The notes beneath the pieces were generated by a model. The model was not told the origin of the DNA. It worked only from the letters and a program-made list of their open reading frames with translations, and ran no database searches. Made by a program: the position numbers and the translations under genes. Shown in pieces: positions 8,087 to 17,437 of a stretch of DNA of 64,000 nt. Position 1 is the stretch's first letter, and every line of letters begins with the position of its first letter. This DNA is from Promethearchaeota archaeon (GTDB lineage: Archaea; Asgardarchaeota; Lokiarchaeia; Sigyniarchaeales; SOKP01): the NCBI GenBank assembly GCA_019058445.1, contig JAHPZA010000006.1, forward strand, positions 1,056,001 to 1,120,000, read 5' to 3'.

Positions 8087-9490
8087 ATGGATATTAAGAA
8101 TAAAATCCCGATTCATATAGGATTATTCGGGCATATCGACTCAGGAAAGACGAGAATTGCTGCTGTTTTATCTGAAATAATCTCAACAGCAGGAATTGAT
8201 GCTCATCCGCAAAGTAAAGAACGAGGAATTACGATTGATTTAGGTTTTACAAGTTTTATCATTGATAAATATCTGGTTACTTTAGTAGATGGTCCTGGTC
8301 ATGCTGATTTGATTAAAATAAGTGCTTCTTCAGTAGAAATAATAGATTGTGCAATATTGGTTATTGATATCAATAAGGGCCCTCAGGTCCAGACCGGAGA
8401 GCACCTTATAATGATTGATTCATTAAAAATTGAAAATATAATCGTAATTCTCAATAAAATAGATATTTTCCAAGGAGATATTAATGAGGAGATTGAAAAG
8501 ACAAAGAAATTCTTTGCATCTACCATTTTTGGCTCAAATATCCCGATCTTTGCCGTATCTGCGAAAGCAAAAGAAGGCTTCGAAGATTTACGACATGGTA
8601 TTTTAAATACCATAGAATCTTTAGAAATTGAAAGAGATTATGGAGACGATATCATTATCCCTATTGATCACCATTTTTCTATTAAAGGTATGGGAGCGAT
8701 TATAACAGGAACTATTTTAAAGGGTAAATTAAGGTTAAATGAAACCCTAGAAATACTACCTCTAAAAACATCAGGAAGGATTAAAAACATTCAGATTTTT
8801 CATCAGAATGTTGATTCTGCAAAGGCAGGAGATCGAGTTGGTATAAATGTTAAAAACTTAGACGTTAAAAAAATTTATAGAGGATGTATTGCCACTAATA
8901 ATCCAAATGCGTTTGATTATTGTGATATATTAGAAATAAAAGTGAATAAAAATAAGTTATTTAAACCTGAAACTCAATTTGGGACACAAGTACATGTTAC
9001 AATAGGAATGTTTACAACTACTGGAAAAATATATCCCTATTTTGAATTGGACAAAAAAAAGATTCAAAGTAGTGCTGATAAGAAAGATATTGAGTTTAAA
9101 GCAATACTATGGTTAAATGAGAAAGTTTTGATCAATAAGGGAAAATCAATTATGCTCCTGAGTCGTTTAGATTTGCCTCCAACGACGCTTAGGATATTAG
9201 GGTCTGCACAGTTAATAGAAATTCATAAAGCACCACCTTTACTTCATAAGTTCAAAATAAAAAAAGGAAAAATTCAAAAGGATTTAATTTGTATAGGGCT
9301 CGCTCAATCTGCAGCTGGTGCAAAAAAAATTGTGGGCAGGCAACTAGAATCACCTTTTACTAAAATCTTGGACACTTTTGGAACCAAAGGAGCTGTAATC
9401 GTAGGAGTTGAAAGCACGGATATTGTGGTAAAGAAAGGCGATCCGGTTGTTTTAAAGGAATTAAGAAGTTTTTATCTAAAAAAGATTTAA
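8087..9490 (+). CDS. selB: Selenocysteine-specific elongation factor (aSelB/EFSec)
   Basis: GHIDSGKT, PQSKERGITIDLGF, DGPGHADL, QTGEH, NKID, IDHHFSIKGMG, RLDLPPTTLRI; Sec context. Confidence 0.94.
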   Translation: MDIKNKIPIHIGLFGHIDSGKTRIAAVLSEIISTAGIDAHPQSKERGITIDLGFTSFIIDKYLVTLVDGPGHADLIKISASSVEIIDCAILVIDINKGPQVQTGEHLIMIDSLKIENIIVILNKIDIFQGDINEEIEKTKKFFASTIFGSNIPIFAVSAKAKEGFEDLRHGILNTIESLEIERDYGDDIIIPIDHHFSIKGMGAIITGTILKGKLRLNETLEILPLKTSGRIKNIQIFHQNVDSAKAGDRVGINVKNLDVKKIYRGCIATNNPNAFDYCDILEIKVNKNKLFKPETQFGTQVHVTIGMFTTTGKIYPYFELDKKKIQSSADKKDIEFKAILWLNEKVLINKGKSIMLLSRLDLPPTTLRILGSAQLIEIHKAPPLLHKFKIKKGKIQKDLICIGLAQSAAGAKKIVGRQLESPFTKILDTFGTKGAVIVGVESTDIVVKKGDPVVLKELRSFYLKKI

Positions 9491-9555
9491 ATTCTTAATC
9501 ATTTATAATATAATTAAGTTTCCTTTTATAAAATGCAAGGTTTGGATGAAAAAAC

Positions 9556-9960
9556 ATGGAAATTAAAATTGATCAAGAAGTCCTAGATGATTTGATGCGT
9601 TTACTTGAAACACTTGAAGGTAGCACTGATTTAGAAGCGACGGCAATTGTTTCAAAAACAGGTTTAAGAATTGCCAGCTCTGAAACAGCCGACGTTGTTG
9701 CAGATATCTATAGTGCAAGTCCTGCTACATTAATTTCCTTGGGCCAAAAAATTAGTCAAGGATTAGATCAGGGTGAATTGCAAGAGATTGTAATAAGAGG
9801 CACAAAAGGATATACTATTATTTTAGTGGGAGCACAAGATAATAATTACATGCTTTTTTCAAGCTGTAAAAAGGCATTTAAGCTCGGATACTATGTACAT
9901 AAGTTAAAAAAAGCGTTTGAAATAATGGAGCCTGTATTAAAACAAATCCCTACGGCATAA
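9556..9960 (+). CDS. Roadblock/LC7 domain protein
   Basis: 134 aa with the AIVSKTGLRIAS...GELQEIVIRGTKGYTIILV pattern typical of Roadblock/MglB. Confidence 0.85.
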   Translation: MEIKIDQEVLDDLMRLLETLEGSTDLEATAIVSKTGLRIASSETADVVADIYSASPATLISLGQKISQGLDQGELQEIVIRGTKGYTIILVGAQDNNYMLFSSCKKAFKLGYYVHKLKKAFEIMEPVLKQIPTA

Positions 9961-10117
9961 GGATAATTGATATACTTTTTCTGGAATTATCGTTAATAAT
10001 TGTTTACTTAAAGGGATTGTAAAATTCCAAGTTTGATAAATAAATTATTTATAGAAATTTCTAATGGAATTAATTCATTTTAAATCAAGAAATAAATAAA
10101 AAAAAAATATAAGAAAT

Positions 10118-12013
10118 TTAAACTAAACTCCATTCAATTTCATCTCCATCACGTAAATAATGTCTGTCAGCACCGTGACCAGGCTGTTCACCATTAACTT
10201 CATATACCCAATCACCCTCAACACCATCAATTTCAGTTACCAATATTCCCCAGCCGTAGTCTTCATATTTTATATCACAATATTTATCCAAAGCGTCCAA
10301 AACCGAAGTCTTTCCTTCTGTAAGGGTAAAATCTTTCCAGATTTTTACAGTACCATCTCCGAAATCTACTATCAGCGTAATATCTTCTACAACTTCTAAA
10401 GGGGTCTCATCGCTATCCTCATCAATAGAGGCTACGCCCGTTGAAAGCCAATAATTATATACTAATAAGGAACTAAAACATATAGCCCCCAAAATTCCGA
10501 TAAATATGTTTTTCAACATTTTAATATCTCTCTTCCATACTAACATGCTGAAAGACGCTGCTGCACCACATACTAAAAGCACAAAAGGTAACGTAAAATT
10601 ATCGTATTCAGTATCTCCCTTTTTCTCTGTAACATCAGTAATATAAATTGTTTTGGTGTATGGGTCAGGCGGTGGGATTGGATCAGACTCTTGATAAGAA
10701 AGGACTAGTTCCATCTCGAGTGAGAAATTGCCTGAAGTACTTTTAACCCACATCAAGAGCCCAGTGTATTTATCATAAGTGGTGGCTGAAAAGTTCACAC
10801 CCCCTGTTTTTATAAAGATAAATTTTATTGTCAAACCAGTCTCTTCAATTCTAAGAAATCCACCTGCATCTCCACCTGAACCTTCAAGAATCGCTTTTTC
10901 TTTTATTTTTGTTAAGTTATCTGTTGGAATAAGAAACCCGGAACTGAAGTTATTAAATCCAATATGTAAATTAAGCGCAGTTTCACTATTAGAGACGTTA
11001 TATATTGTATTGTTAATATTTAAAACTCCTGTAGTGTTCTCAATAAATGAAATATTTAACCACGGAATTGGGTTATCAAATATACTTTCATCATGAATAT
11101 CTTTGTTATACTCACCTGTAAAATTAACTTTTATTATTCCAGTTGCGTTTGTATTAACATATCCTTGAAATTCATCAGTGAAATTAACCCATTTTAATGG
11201 TTCACCAAAATTTTTTACTGTGTAATTGAAAGGCAAATCCCGATTAAAAGTAAAATTTAGTGTTTTAATTTCCAGGCTATATTGGCCTAATGATGCGTTT
11301 GCCCAAACTAATAATCCCGTCCATCTATCGTAAATCAAACTAGTCTTCAATCCACCTATATTTTCATGTTCGACATATAAGAAATTATACGACTCCTCCA
11401 CAATAGACTGCCCCGGAAAATAACCTGTAGAGGCATGATCTATTGCCAATTTCTTAACATTTGTTAGATTATCAATTGGGATTAGGAAGCCCGGTTGAAA
11501 ACTACTATAACCAAGGATGAGATTATTAGATAATTCGGTATTTGACCTGTTAGTTAAAGTAAAATTACTTACTAACACTCCAGCATCATTTTTAATTATT
11601 TCAATATCCATCCAAGGGATTGGATCATCAAACTCATCACCCCAATTATTAGGATCCTTATCAAAAAAACCAGTAAAATTTATTTTGATTTGCCCACCAA
11701 CTTTTGGCTCCCAATCTCCCTCATACGAATCTCCAGGCCAGCTTGTGAAATTATACCACCCAGCAGGTCCACCAAAATCGGTTACATTATAGACATATTC
11801 TCCATCTAAATCTAAATCTTGACTATATGTTATGGGAATAGAAGACGATTTAGGATTAACCTGTGTTCTAAAGTCGCGATTTGAAGAATATGCAATTTCA
11901 TCTTCAAATGAATTATTTTGGAGTGCTGAAAATAGAAATATAGCTCCGAGTATCATAAAAAAGATGAAAAAGCATATCAATAACAGCTTTTTATTTGCTA
12001 TTTGATTTTTCAT
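10118..12013 (-). CDS. Membrane-anchored surface glycoprotein with two internal repeats and a C-terminal DUF4430 (transcobalamin-like) domain
   Basis: N-terminal TM, two ~180-aa repeats (PIPW, GFLIP, YDxxTGLL), two TMs, then LVTEIDGV..WVYEVNGEQPGHGADRHYLRDGDEIEW. Confidence 0.8.
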   Translation of the reverse strand: MKNQIANKKLLLICFFIFFMILGAIFLFSALQNNSFEDEIAYSSNRDFRTQVNPKSSSIPITYSQDLDLDGEYVYNVTDFGGPAGWYNFTSWPGDSYEGDWEPKVGGQIKINFTGFFDKDPNNWGDEFDDPIPWMDIEIIKNDAGVLVSNFTLTNRSNTELSNNLILGYSSFQPGFLIPIDNLTNVKKLAIDHASTGYFPGQSIVEESYNFLYVEHENIGGLKTSLIYDRWTGLLVWANASLGQYSLEIKTLNFTFNRDLPFNYTVKNFGEPLKWVNFTDEFQGYVNTNATGIIKVNFTGEYNKDIHDESIFDNPIPWLNISFIENTTGVLNINNTIYNVSNSETALNLHIGFNNFSSGFLIPTDNLTKIKEKAILEGSGGDAGGFLRIEETGLTIKFIFIKTGGVNFSATTYDKYTGLLMWVKSTSGNFSLEMELVLSYQESDPIPPPDPYTKTIYITDVTEKKGDTEYDNFTLPFVLLVCGAAASFSMLVWKRDIKMLKNIFIGILGAICFSSLLVYNYWLSTGVASIDEDSDETPLEVVEDITLIVDFGDGTVKIWKDFTLTEGKTSVLDALDKYCDIKYEDYGWGILVTEIDGVEGDWVYEVNGEQPGHGADRHYLRDGDEIEWSLV

Positions 12014-12126
12014 TTTTATTTTTAGTCAAATGATTTTTTATATTAATAGAAGGTTGTTTGAATAGGAAACATAACCTATATTTTTAAATTATGATTAATT
12101 AATGTAAGTAAGTATAAAAACATAGT

Positions 12127-12163
12127 GGGTAATTTACCCTACGATCTCTAGGGTTCTAGACCC
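12127..12163. promoter_or_regulatory. Tandem GGGT-N5-ACCC palindromes (candidate operators)
   Basis: gggtaatttaccc (12127-12139) and gggttctagaccc (12151-12163) in an AT-rich divergent intergenic region. Confidence 0.45.
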
Positions 12164-12226
12164 AATAAATTATGTTTCCAAGATAAATTATTTAATTCAC
12201 ACTATAAGAAGAGAATTATACTGGAA

Positions 12227-12865
12227 TTGACACGCATGAATGAAAAACAAAAGTTAGAATTTGAAGAGTCTGAAAAGTCGAATGGAACTCCTTGGCTTGA
12301 AAGGAGCACCTTTAGAATTGCTCTATTAAGTACTTTTACTGCGTTATCAGTAGTATTAGGTTATATGTTAGTCTTTCTCCCGAATATCGAAATATTTACA
12401 CTAATGATATTTTTAACGGGCTTTATACTTGGGAAACGAGACGGAGCAATCTCAGGATTAATGAGCTCATTTATTTTTGTCTTTTTTAATCCTTATGGTG
12501 TGTCACCTTTACCATTATTTGCATATCAGTTAGCACATTATTCTTTAGTTGGCATTTTAGGCGGAATTTCCCATAGTCTTTTGCGTAAAAAGGACTATTT
12601 CAAACCAGAAGAAGATTTGTATGTATTTCGTGTGCTCTTAATTTTTGCAATAATTGGAGCAGTAGTGACATTTGTCTATGATATACTCTCCACATTGATT
12701 GGAGCCTTAAGTATATTCGGAACGCTAGATACTTTTTGGGCAACCTATTTAATTGGATTACCATTCACAACTGTACATCTTATCGGGAATACCCTTGGTT
12801 TTATTTTTATTCTCCCAGGGTTAATCCAGTTGATATATAAAATGCTTGATATTACTGATGATTAA
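12227..12865 (+). CDS. ECF transporter S component, probably cobalamin-type (CbrT-like)
   Basis: About 6 TMs, IALLSTFTAL helix 1, LPNIE motif; divergent from the DUF4430 gene. Confidence 0.75.
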   Translation: MTRMNEKQKLEFEESEKSNGTPWLERSTFRIALLSTFTALSVVLGYMLVFLPNIEIFTLMIFLTGFILGKRDGAISGLMSSFIFVFFNPYGVSPLPLFAYQLAHYSLVGILGGISHSLLRKKDYFKPEEDLYVFRVLLIFAIIGAVVTFVYDILSTLIGALSIFGTLDTFWATYLIGLPFTTVHLIGNTLGFIFILPGLIQLIYKMLDITDD

Positions 12866-12959
12866 ATAACTAACTAAACCTATCTAATTTTTTCTAATTA
12901 CACAAGAAAAAGAATTGAGTTAATTATCAATAATCTAAAAAATATAAATAATTTTAAAC

Positions 12960-13439
12960 TTACTTTGCTTCTGAGAGAATTGTAACTTTCCCTCCAGCCT
13001 CTTCAATTTTTTGTACGGCTCGTTCAGAAGCCTTGTTTACAGTTAAGTTTATTTTTTTATTGATTTCTCCACGACCGAGAAGCTTTTGAATGTTAACACT
13101 TTCCAAATTAAGAGTATAAGTATCTCCAGATTTGGTTGCTTTTTTCTCTTCCACAAATTTTTCGATTTTATAATCTAAATCTTTCACATTAACGGTATTA
13201 ATTGTAGAGAGTCGAACCATATCTTGAGGTCTTTTAAATCCTTTTTTCCCCATATCCCAATCAGGATCGGGAAAGCCAAGTTCTTTTTGTTTTAAATAGA
13301 AGGATTTTTTACTTTTTTTCCATTGAGTTGTTTTTCCCTTTCCAGCTCGTTGTCCGGTCTTTCTATGTTGTCCCACTCTCCCATACCCAATGGTACGGGT
13401 TCCTCTCTTTTTTCTAATTTTTTTAGGATACTTTCTCAT
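12960..13439 (-). CDS. rpl15: 50S ribosomal protein uL15
   Basis: RGTRTIGYGRVGQHRK, KLLGRG, KIEEAGG. Confidence 0.96.
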   Translation of the reverse strand: MRKYPKKIRKKRGTRTIGYGRVGQHRKTGQRAGKGKTTQWKKSKKSFYLKQKELGFPDPDWDMGKKGFKRPQDMVRLSTINTVNVKDLDYKIEKFVEEKKATKSGDTYTLNLESVNIQKLLGRGEINKKINLTVNKASERAVQKIEEAGGKVTILSEAK

Positions 13440-13457
13440 ATCTAAGGTATCTCCTCA

Positions 13458-13994
13458 CTATAGCATTTTATGAATTATATCATTGATATAAGGTCCAACA
13501 TTTCCTAAAGTTCCTCCCTCACCATAATGCTTTTTGATATTACCTCTATGACCTTTTCGAGGGGGATGTAATCGAAATACTGGTTTAAGCTTATACACAT
13601 CATTTTCTCGATATTGTATTTTACCATCTAATAGAGCTTTCGCAAATTCACTGATATTTTTATATTCGGTTAAATTTTTAAGATGCTCATCTGTGAGTGG
13701 TTTATTTCCCTCAATTCTTCCTCTTACTCTTAGTAAACGTACTAAGGTTTTTTCTTCAATCTCTCCGAACGCAATATAGTCTTTACATTTATTTAGCATG
13801 CCTCGATAACTTTTTTCTGCCCAGATTAGCACTCCATGATTTACTTTATGCATTCTTAGCATCTTTAAAGTATCTAATATCTTTCTTTTCATACCCGGAG
13901 CTCCCCTAATCCGAACTGCAAAATAAAGTTTGGGGGTATACGTATCGTGTTTTATTTTTGCTTTTTTATTTGTTGCCATAACCATATCCACCAC
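13458..13994 (-). CDS. rpl30: 50S ribosomal protein uL30 (start may be a few codons downstream)
   Basis: AVRIRG, TLKMLRM, VFRLHPPRKG; operon position. Confidence 0.96.
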   Translation of the reverse strand: MVDMVMATNKKAKIKHDTYTPKLYFAVRIRGAPGMKRKILDTLKMLRMHKVNHGVLIWAEKSYRGMLNKCKDYIAFGEIEEKTLVRLLRVRGRIEGNKPLTDEHLKNLTEYKNISEFAKALLDGKIQYRENDVYKLKPVFRLHPPRKGHRGNIKKHYGEGGTLGNVGPYINDIIHKML

Positions 13995-14001
13995 TCAATA
14001 A

Positions 14002-14616
14002 TTATACATTAAAATTGTATTTATGAGCATTTTTAAGAGCGTCAAATGTTGCTTTTACGAGATTCTCACTTGTTCGAGTATCTCCATAAGTTTTACTCCA
14101 AATATCTTCTATGCCGCAAAGTCTTAAGACTTGTTTAACTTTATCGGCACATGCCAATCCAACTCCAGCAGGAGATGGAATTAAATTAATCTTAACACTT
14201 CCACACTTACCACTAATTTTGAATGGGATACTGTGAGTTCCACCGCATCCACATTCTTTGCTTCCACAACCCCTTTGAACGGGAACTACGGAGAGTTTTG
14301 CTTTATCTATTGCTTTTCTAATTGCAGGTCCAACTTCTCTACTCTTTGCTGCACCTACACCTAAAAATCCATCAGCACCTACGATAACCACCGCTTTAAA
14401 TCTACTACGCTGTCCACTGGCTGTCATTTGTTGTACCATCTTTATGGTAATTACGTCTTCGCGGAGTTGTGGGAGAAGTATATCTATAATTTCTTTTTCT
14501 TTTACAACTAAATTATTTTGAAAAATCCGAGGTAAGTCGATTAATCCCTCTTTGACTAATTCTCCGAGTTTAGTTTTCGGAATCCATTCTTCTTCTATTC
14601 TTCTTGTTCGACTCAT
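14002..14616 (-). CDS. rps5: 30S ribosomal protein uS5
   Basis: WIPKTKLG, GQRSRFKA, RGCGS. Confidence 0.97.
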   Translation of the reverse strand: MSRTRRIEEEWIPKTKLGELVKEGLIDLPRIFQNNLVVKEKEIIDILLPQLREDVITIKMVQQMTASGQRSRFKAVVIVGADGFLGVGAAKSREVGPAIRKAIDKAKLSVVPVQRGCGSKECGCGGTHSIPFKISGKCGSVKINLIPSPAGVGLACADKVKQVLRLCGIEDIWSKTYGDTRTSENLVKATFDALKNAHKYNFNV

Positions 14617-14635
14617 TTAAATTTCTCTCTTAAAA

Positions 14636-15229
14636 TTAAGCAGTATTTTCTATTTTTTGTAAAGTATTTGATATAATTTTACTAATTTTATTAGGGTCTA
14701 TTTTATTTTTCTTTAAATATCCAGAAAAGATTTGGTCATATTTTTCTGGCTCACTCTGTTTTAGAATTTTCGCATAATTCTCAATATGAGTTCCCTTGAT
14801 TCTTTCTTCTAAATTCTTAGGAAAGAAGTCCTCTTTATGGGGTACTTCAATTCCCGCATCTAATAGTCCTTTAAAGGCAGCAAGGACACGATTTCTGTGG
14901 TAAAATATGCCTAAATCAAGAATCGCATCATTAATATTATTCTTTTTAGCTCTTATTCCCGCCAAATAGCCTGTAAGATAGGAGGCGGGTATATTTCCTG
15001 TATTTGCTTTATAGTCATATTTTTTTAATAATTCTCCAGAAAATGCTGATACTAAAATTTTATCCCCTGCTTTTTTAGATTCAACAATTTGAACGACTAT
15101 ATGATTATTCGAGGCCCGAATGACAACTCTTAATTTTCTTGACTTTAATAGCTTCATTCTTCTATGATAATTAGTTTTTCCTTCATACCTCCTCCTTTTG
15201 GCTACTCTATACCTGGGTCCATGCGCCAT
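14636..15229 (-). CDS. rpl18: 50S ribosomal protein uL18
   Basis: MAHGPRYRV..RRRYEGKTNY, PASYLTG. Confidence 0.97.
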   Translation of the reverse strand: MAHGPRYRVAKRRRYEGKTNYHRRMKLLKSRKLRVVIRASNNHIVVQIVESKKAGDKILVSAFSGELLKKYDYKANTGNIPASYLTGYLAGIRAKKNNINDAILDLGIFYHRNRVLAAFKGLLDAGIEVPHKEDFFPKNLEERIKGTHIENYAKILKQSEPEKYDQIFSGYLKKNKIDPNKISKIISNTLQKIENTA

Positions 15230-15231
15230 AT

Positions 15232-15687
15232 TTACCTACCTCGTCTTTGTAATTCTTTATCTTTAATATAGCGATTTAACTGCCTCACACTATTAAACAT
15301 CCCACCTTTGGCATTTTTATAAAGTTTGCGGTAATTAGCGGGAGATATTAATTTTCGATCTCGCAATTTTCTTAATTCTCTTCTAATGGGACGAATTCGC
15401 TTTATGTATGCTCTTTTCTTTGGCATACGAGCTGTTTTAGGGCCTTTTCTTTTTCCTAAGCCTCTTGCTAATCCTTTTTTCTTTCTTTCATGTCGAATAG
15501 TTTTTCTATGCTTAGAAATTCCTTTTTTGTATTTCTTCTGAATAATACCTTCTTTAATTAAATTTCGGATATCTTCTCTCGTTATTGCCATTTTAATTTC
15601 ATCCATGAGATATGGGTCAAAATACACCCTATTTTCTCCACATTTTAAAATATCCGCTGCTATTCTTTTTTGCGCAGTTAAATTCAT
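15232..15687 (-). CDS. rpl19e: 50S ribosomal protein eL19
   Basis: QKRIAADILKCG, AITREDIR, YKNAKGG. Confidence 0.97.
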   Translation of the reverse strand: MNLTAQKRIAADILKCGENRVYFDPYLMDEIKMAITREDIRNLIKEGIIQKKYKKGISKHRKTIRHERKKKGLARGLGKRKGPKTARMPKKRAYIKRIRPIRRELRKLRDRKLISPANYRKLYKNAKGGMFNSVRQLNRYIKDKELQRRGR

Positions 15688-15708
15688 TTTTCATCACATT
15701 GATTTTTA

Positions 15709-16221
15709 TTAATCTTCATCTTCTATTTCTTCTTCATCAAAAGAGTCTTCAAGATCCTCCTCATCTAAATAATCTTCGTCATCTTCTATACCCTCTAATG
15801 ACGATTCTAACAGAGCTTCATATTCTTCCATCTCTCTTTGAGTTACCCCAATGTTAAGAATTTTAAAATTTCTTTTCTGAGCTTGATCAATTATTTCTAT
15901 TCGTTTCTTAGCTCCTAATCTTCTCGCTATTTTGAGGGCATGTTTTTTAGGATTTAACTTTTCTAAATCACTTAACATTTCAACTCTGGTTTCTTGGTAA
16001 CCAGAAGGATGTAAACCTCGTATTTTTTTAGGAGTTCTATATCCAATTGAAGGGGATTTTACTCCTGACTTAGTTTTCTTTCTCGTTTGACTATCAATAC
16101 CTCTAGCTTTTCTCCATGAATCTTTAACTCTTACATATCTCCAAGATTCAACTCTTCTAAATGAAGGTTTTTTCTTTTTCATGTTTTTTCGAATTTCCAA
16201 TAATCTTTCTTTTTCTGTCAT
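15709..16221 (-). CDS. rpl32e: 50S ribosomal protein eL32 with acidic C-tail
   Basis: WRKARGIDS, GLHPSG. Confidence 0.96.
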   Translation of the reverse strand: MTEKERLLEIRKNMKKKKPSFRRVESWRYVRVKDSWRKARGIDSQTRKKTKSGVKSPSIGYRTPKKIRGLHPSGYQETRVEMLSDLEKLNPKKHALKIARRLGAKKRIEIIDQAQKRNFKILNIGVTQREMEEYEALLESSLEGIEDDEDYLDEEDLEDSFDEEEIEDED

Positions 16222-16246
16222 GTTTTTTACCCCTTATTTTTAATCA

Positions 16247-16828
16247 TTATTGTATTTCCCAAATAATTTCATTCCCAATTTGTTTTTTGTATAGATATAC
16301 TCCATCTTGAAAAACACGAGGATCTTTTTTTCGAATACGGCAAGCTCTTTTAACATTTGCCGCTGTTAAACCTAAAGCTTCTTTATCTGGTCCGATAAAG
16401 TATACATCATCACCCTTTACTTCAATTTTTACATTATCAGGAAATTTTGCTTTTCTTGGTGCCCTTTCACCTAAAAAGTTGACGACATGAATTTCTTTTA
16501 TCTTTTCCTTAACCTCTACGGTACAGGGAAAATGCGAATAACAAATTTTTGAAACATATTTATAATTATCCTTTACTCCTATGACTAGATTATTTATAAT
16601 ATTAATAATTGTCTTAGCTAAAGCGAGAGTTGTATTTCTAGGGAAGTGTGCGGTAAATTGTAATTTATTACCTTGAAGTTCAATTTTTATCCCTCTCGCA
16701 TGACCAAAATCTTTTGTAATCGGCCCTCCTTTAGGTCCTTTCACAGTAATAAGGTTATTACCTTCAATTTTCACATCCACATCTTTCGGGATTTCCAGTG
16801 ATTCATCAAAAAACGCTACTTTAACCAT
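16247..16828 (-). CDS. rpl6: 50S ribosomal protein uL6
   Basis: YSHFP, NFLGE, KDPRVFQDGVY. Confidence 0.97.
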   Translation of the reverse strand: MVKVAFFDESLEIPKDVDVKIEGNNLITVKGPKGGPITKDFGHARGIKIELQGNKLQFTAHFPRNTTLALAKTIINIINNLVIGVKDNYKYVSKICYSHFPCTVEVKEKIKEIHVVNFLGERAPRKAKFPDNVKIEVKGDDVYFIGPDKEALGLTAANVKRACRIRKKDPRVFQDGVYLYKKQIGNEIIWEIQ

Positions 16829-16850
16829 TCTGATTTACCTCATGATTCTA

Positions 16851-17234
16851 TTAATAAATATAACATAAAGTATGACCGCCAATACGCTTTTCTTCTGCCT
16901 CTTTCATTGTCATGATGCCTTGATTCGTGGTTAAAATAATTACCCCTAGCCCAGGAGCGGGTAATAACCTTCTTTCTAAAGCTTCATATTGGTTTACCTT
17001 ATAATTTAGACGCATTAAAGCCTTACATTCATTTATTTTTCCTAACAAGGCTATTTTGAATTTTCCTTGCCTCCCATCATCATATCTCTCAAATTCGCCA
17101 ATATAAGCATGTTTCTGAAAGATTCGAAGAATACGTTGTATTAAATTTGATGCAGGACTAATAATTACCTCTTTTTTCTTCGCAAATTCTGCATTTTTTA
17201 GCATATTCGCCATATCGGCCAAAGTATTAACCAT
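16851..17234 (-). CDS. rps8: 30S ribosomal protein uS8
   Basis: YIGEFERYDDGRQG, LLGKINEC, TTNQGIM. Confidence 0.97.
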   Translation of the reverse strand: MVNTLADMANMLKNAEFAKKKEVIISPASNLIQRILRIFQKHAYIGEFERYDDGRQGKFKIALLGKINECKALMRLNYKVNQYEALERRLLPAPGLGVIILTTNQGIMTMKEAEEKRIGGHTLCYIY

Positions 17235-17266
17235 ATTTTTTCACATTTTTAATCTATAATTTAATT

Positions 17267-17416
17267 CTATTCATAACGACGAAATCCAATGTCTTTGCCA
17301 ATCTCATAGAAACAGCGTCTACAAAGATACAGACCGTACCTTCTGATTAATCCTCTATGAGTATGGCATCTTCTACATTCACGGATTCCTTTACCATGTT
17401 TTTTTGATTGCGGTAT
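17267..17416 (-). CDS. rps14: 30S ribosomal protein uS14 (Zn-binding), non-canonical ATA start, missed by the ORF track
   Basis: (M)PQSKKHGKGIRECRRCHTHRGLIRRYGLYLCRRCFYEIGKDIGFRRYE*, at the canonical position between L5 and S8. Confidence 0.95.
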   Translation of the reverse strand: MPQSKKHGKGIRECRRCHTHRGLIRRYGLYLCRRCFYEIGKDIGFRRYE

Positions 17417-17437
17417 AATTATTCACTCCCTATTGTA

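Noticed and set aside
12014-12226. Cobalamin riboswitch
   Set aside because: Too AT-rich and lacks the B12-box and conserved core; only palindromes are present.
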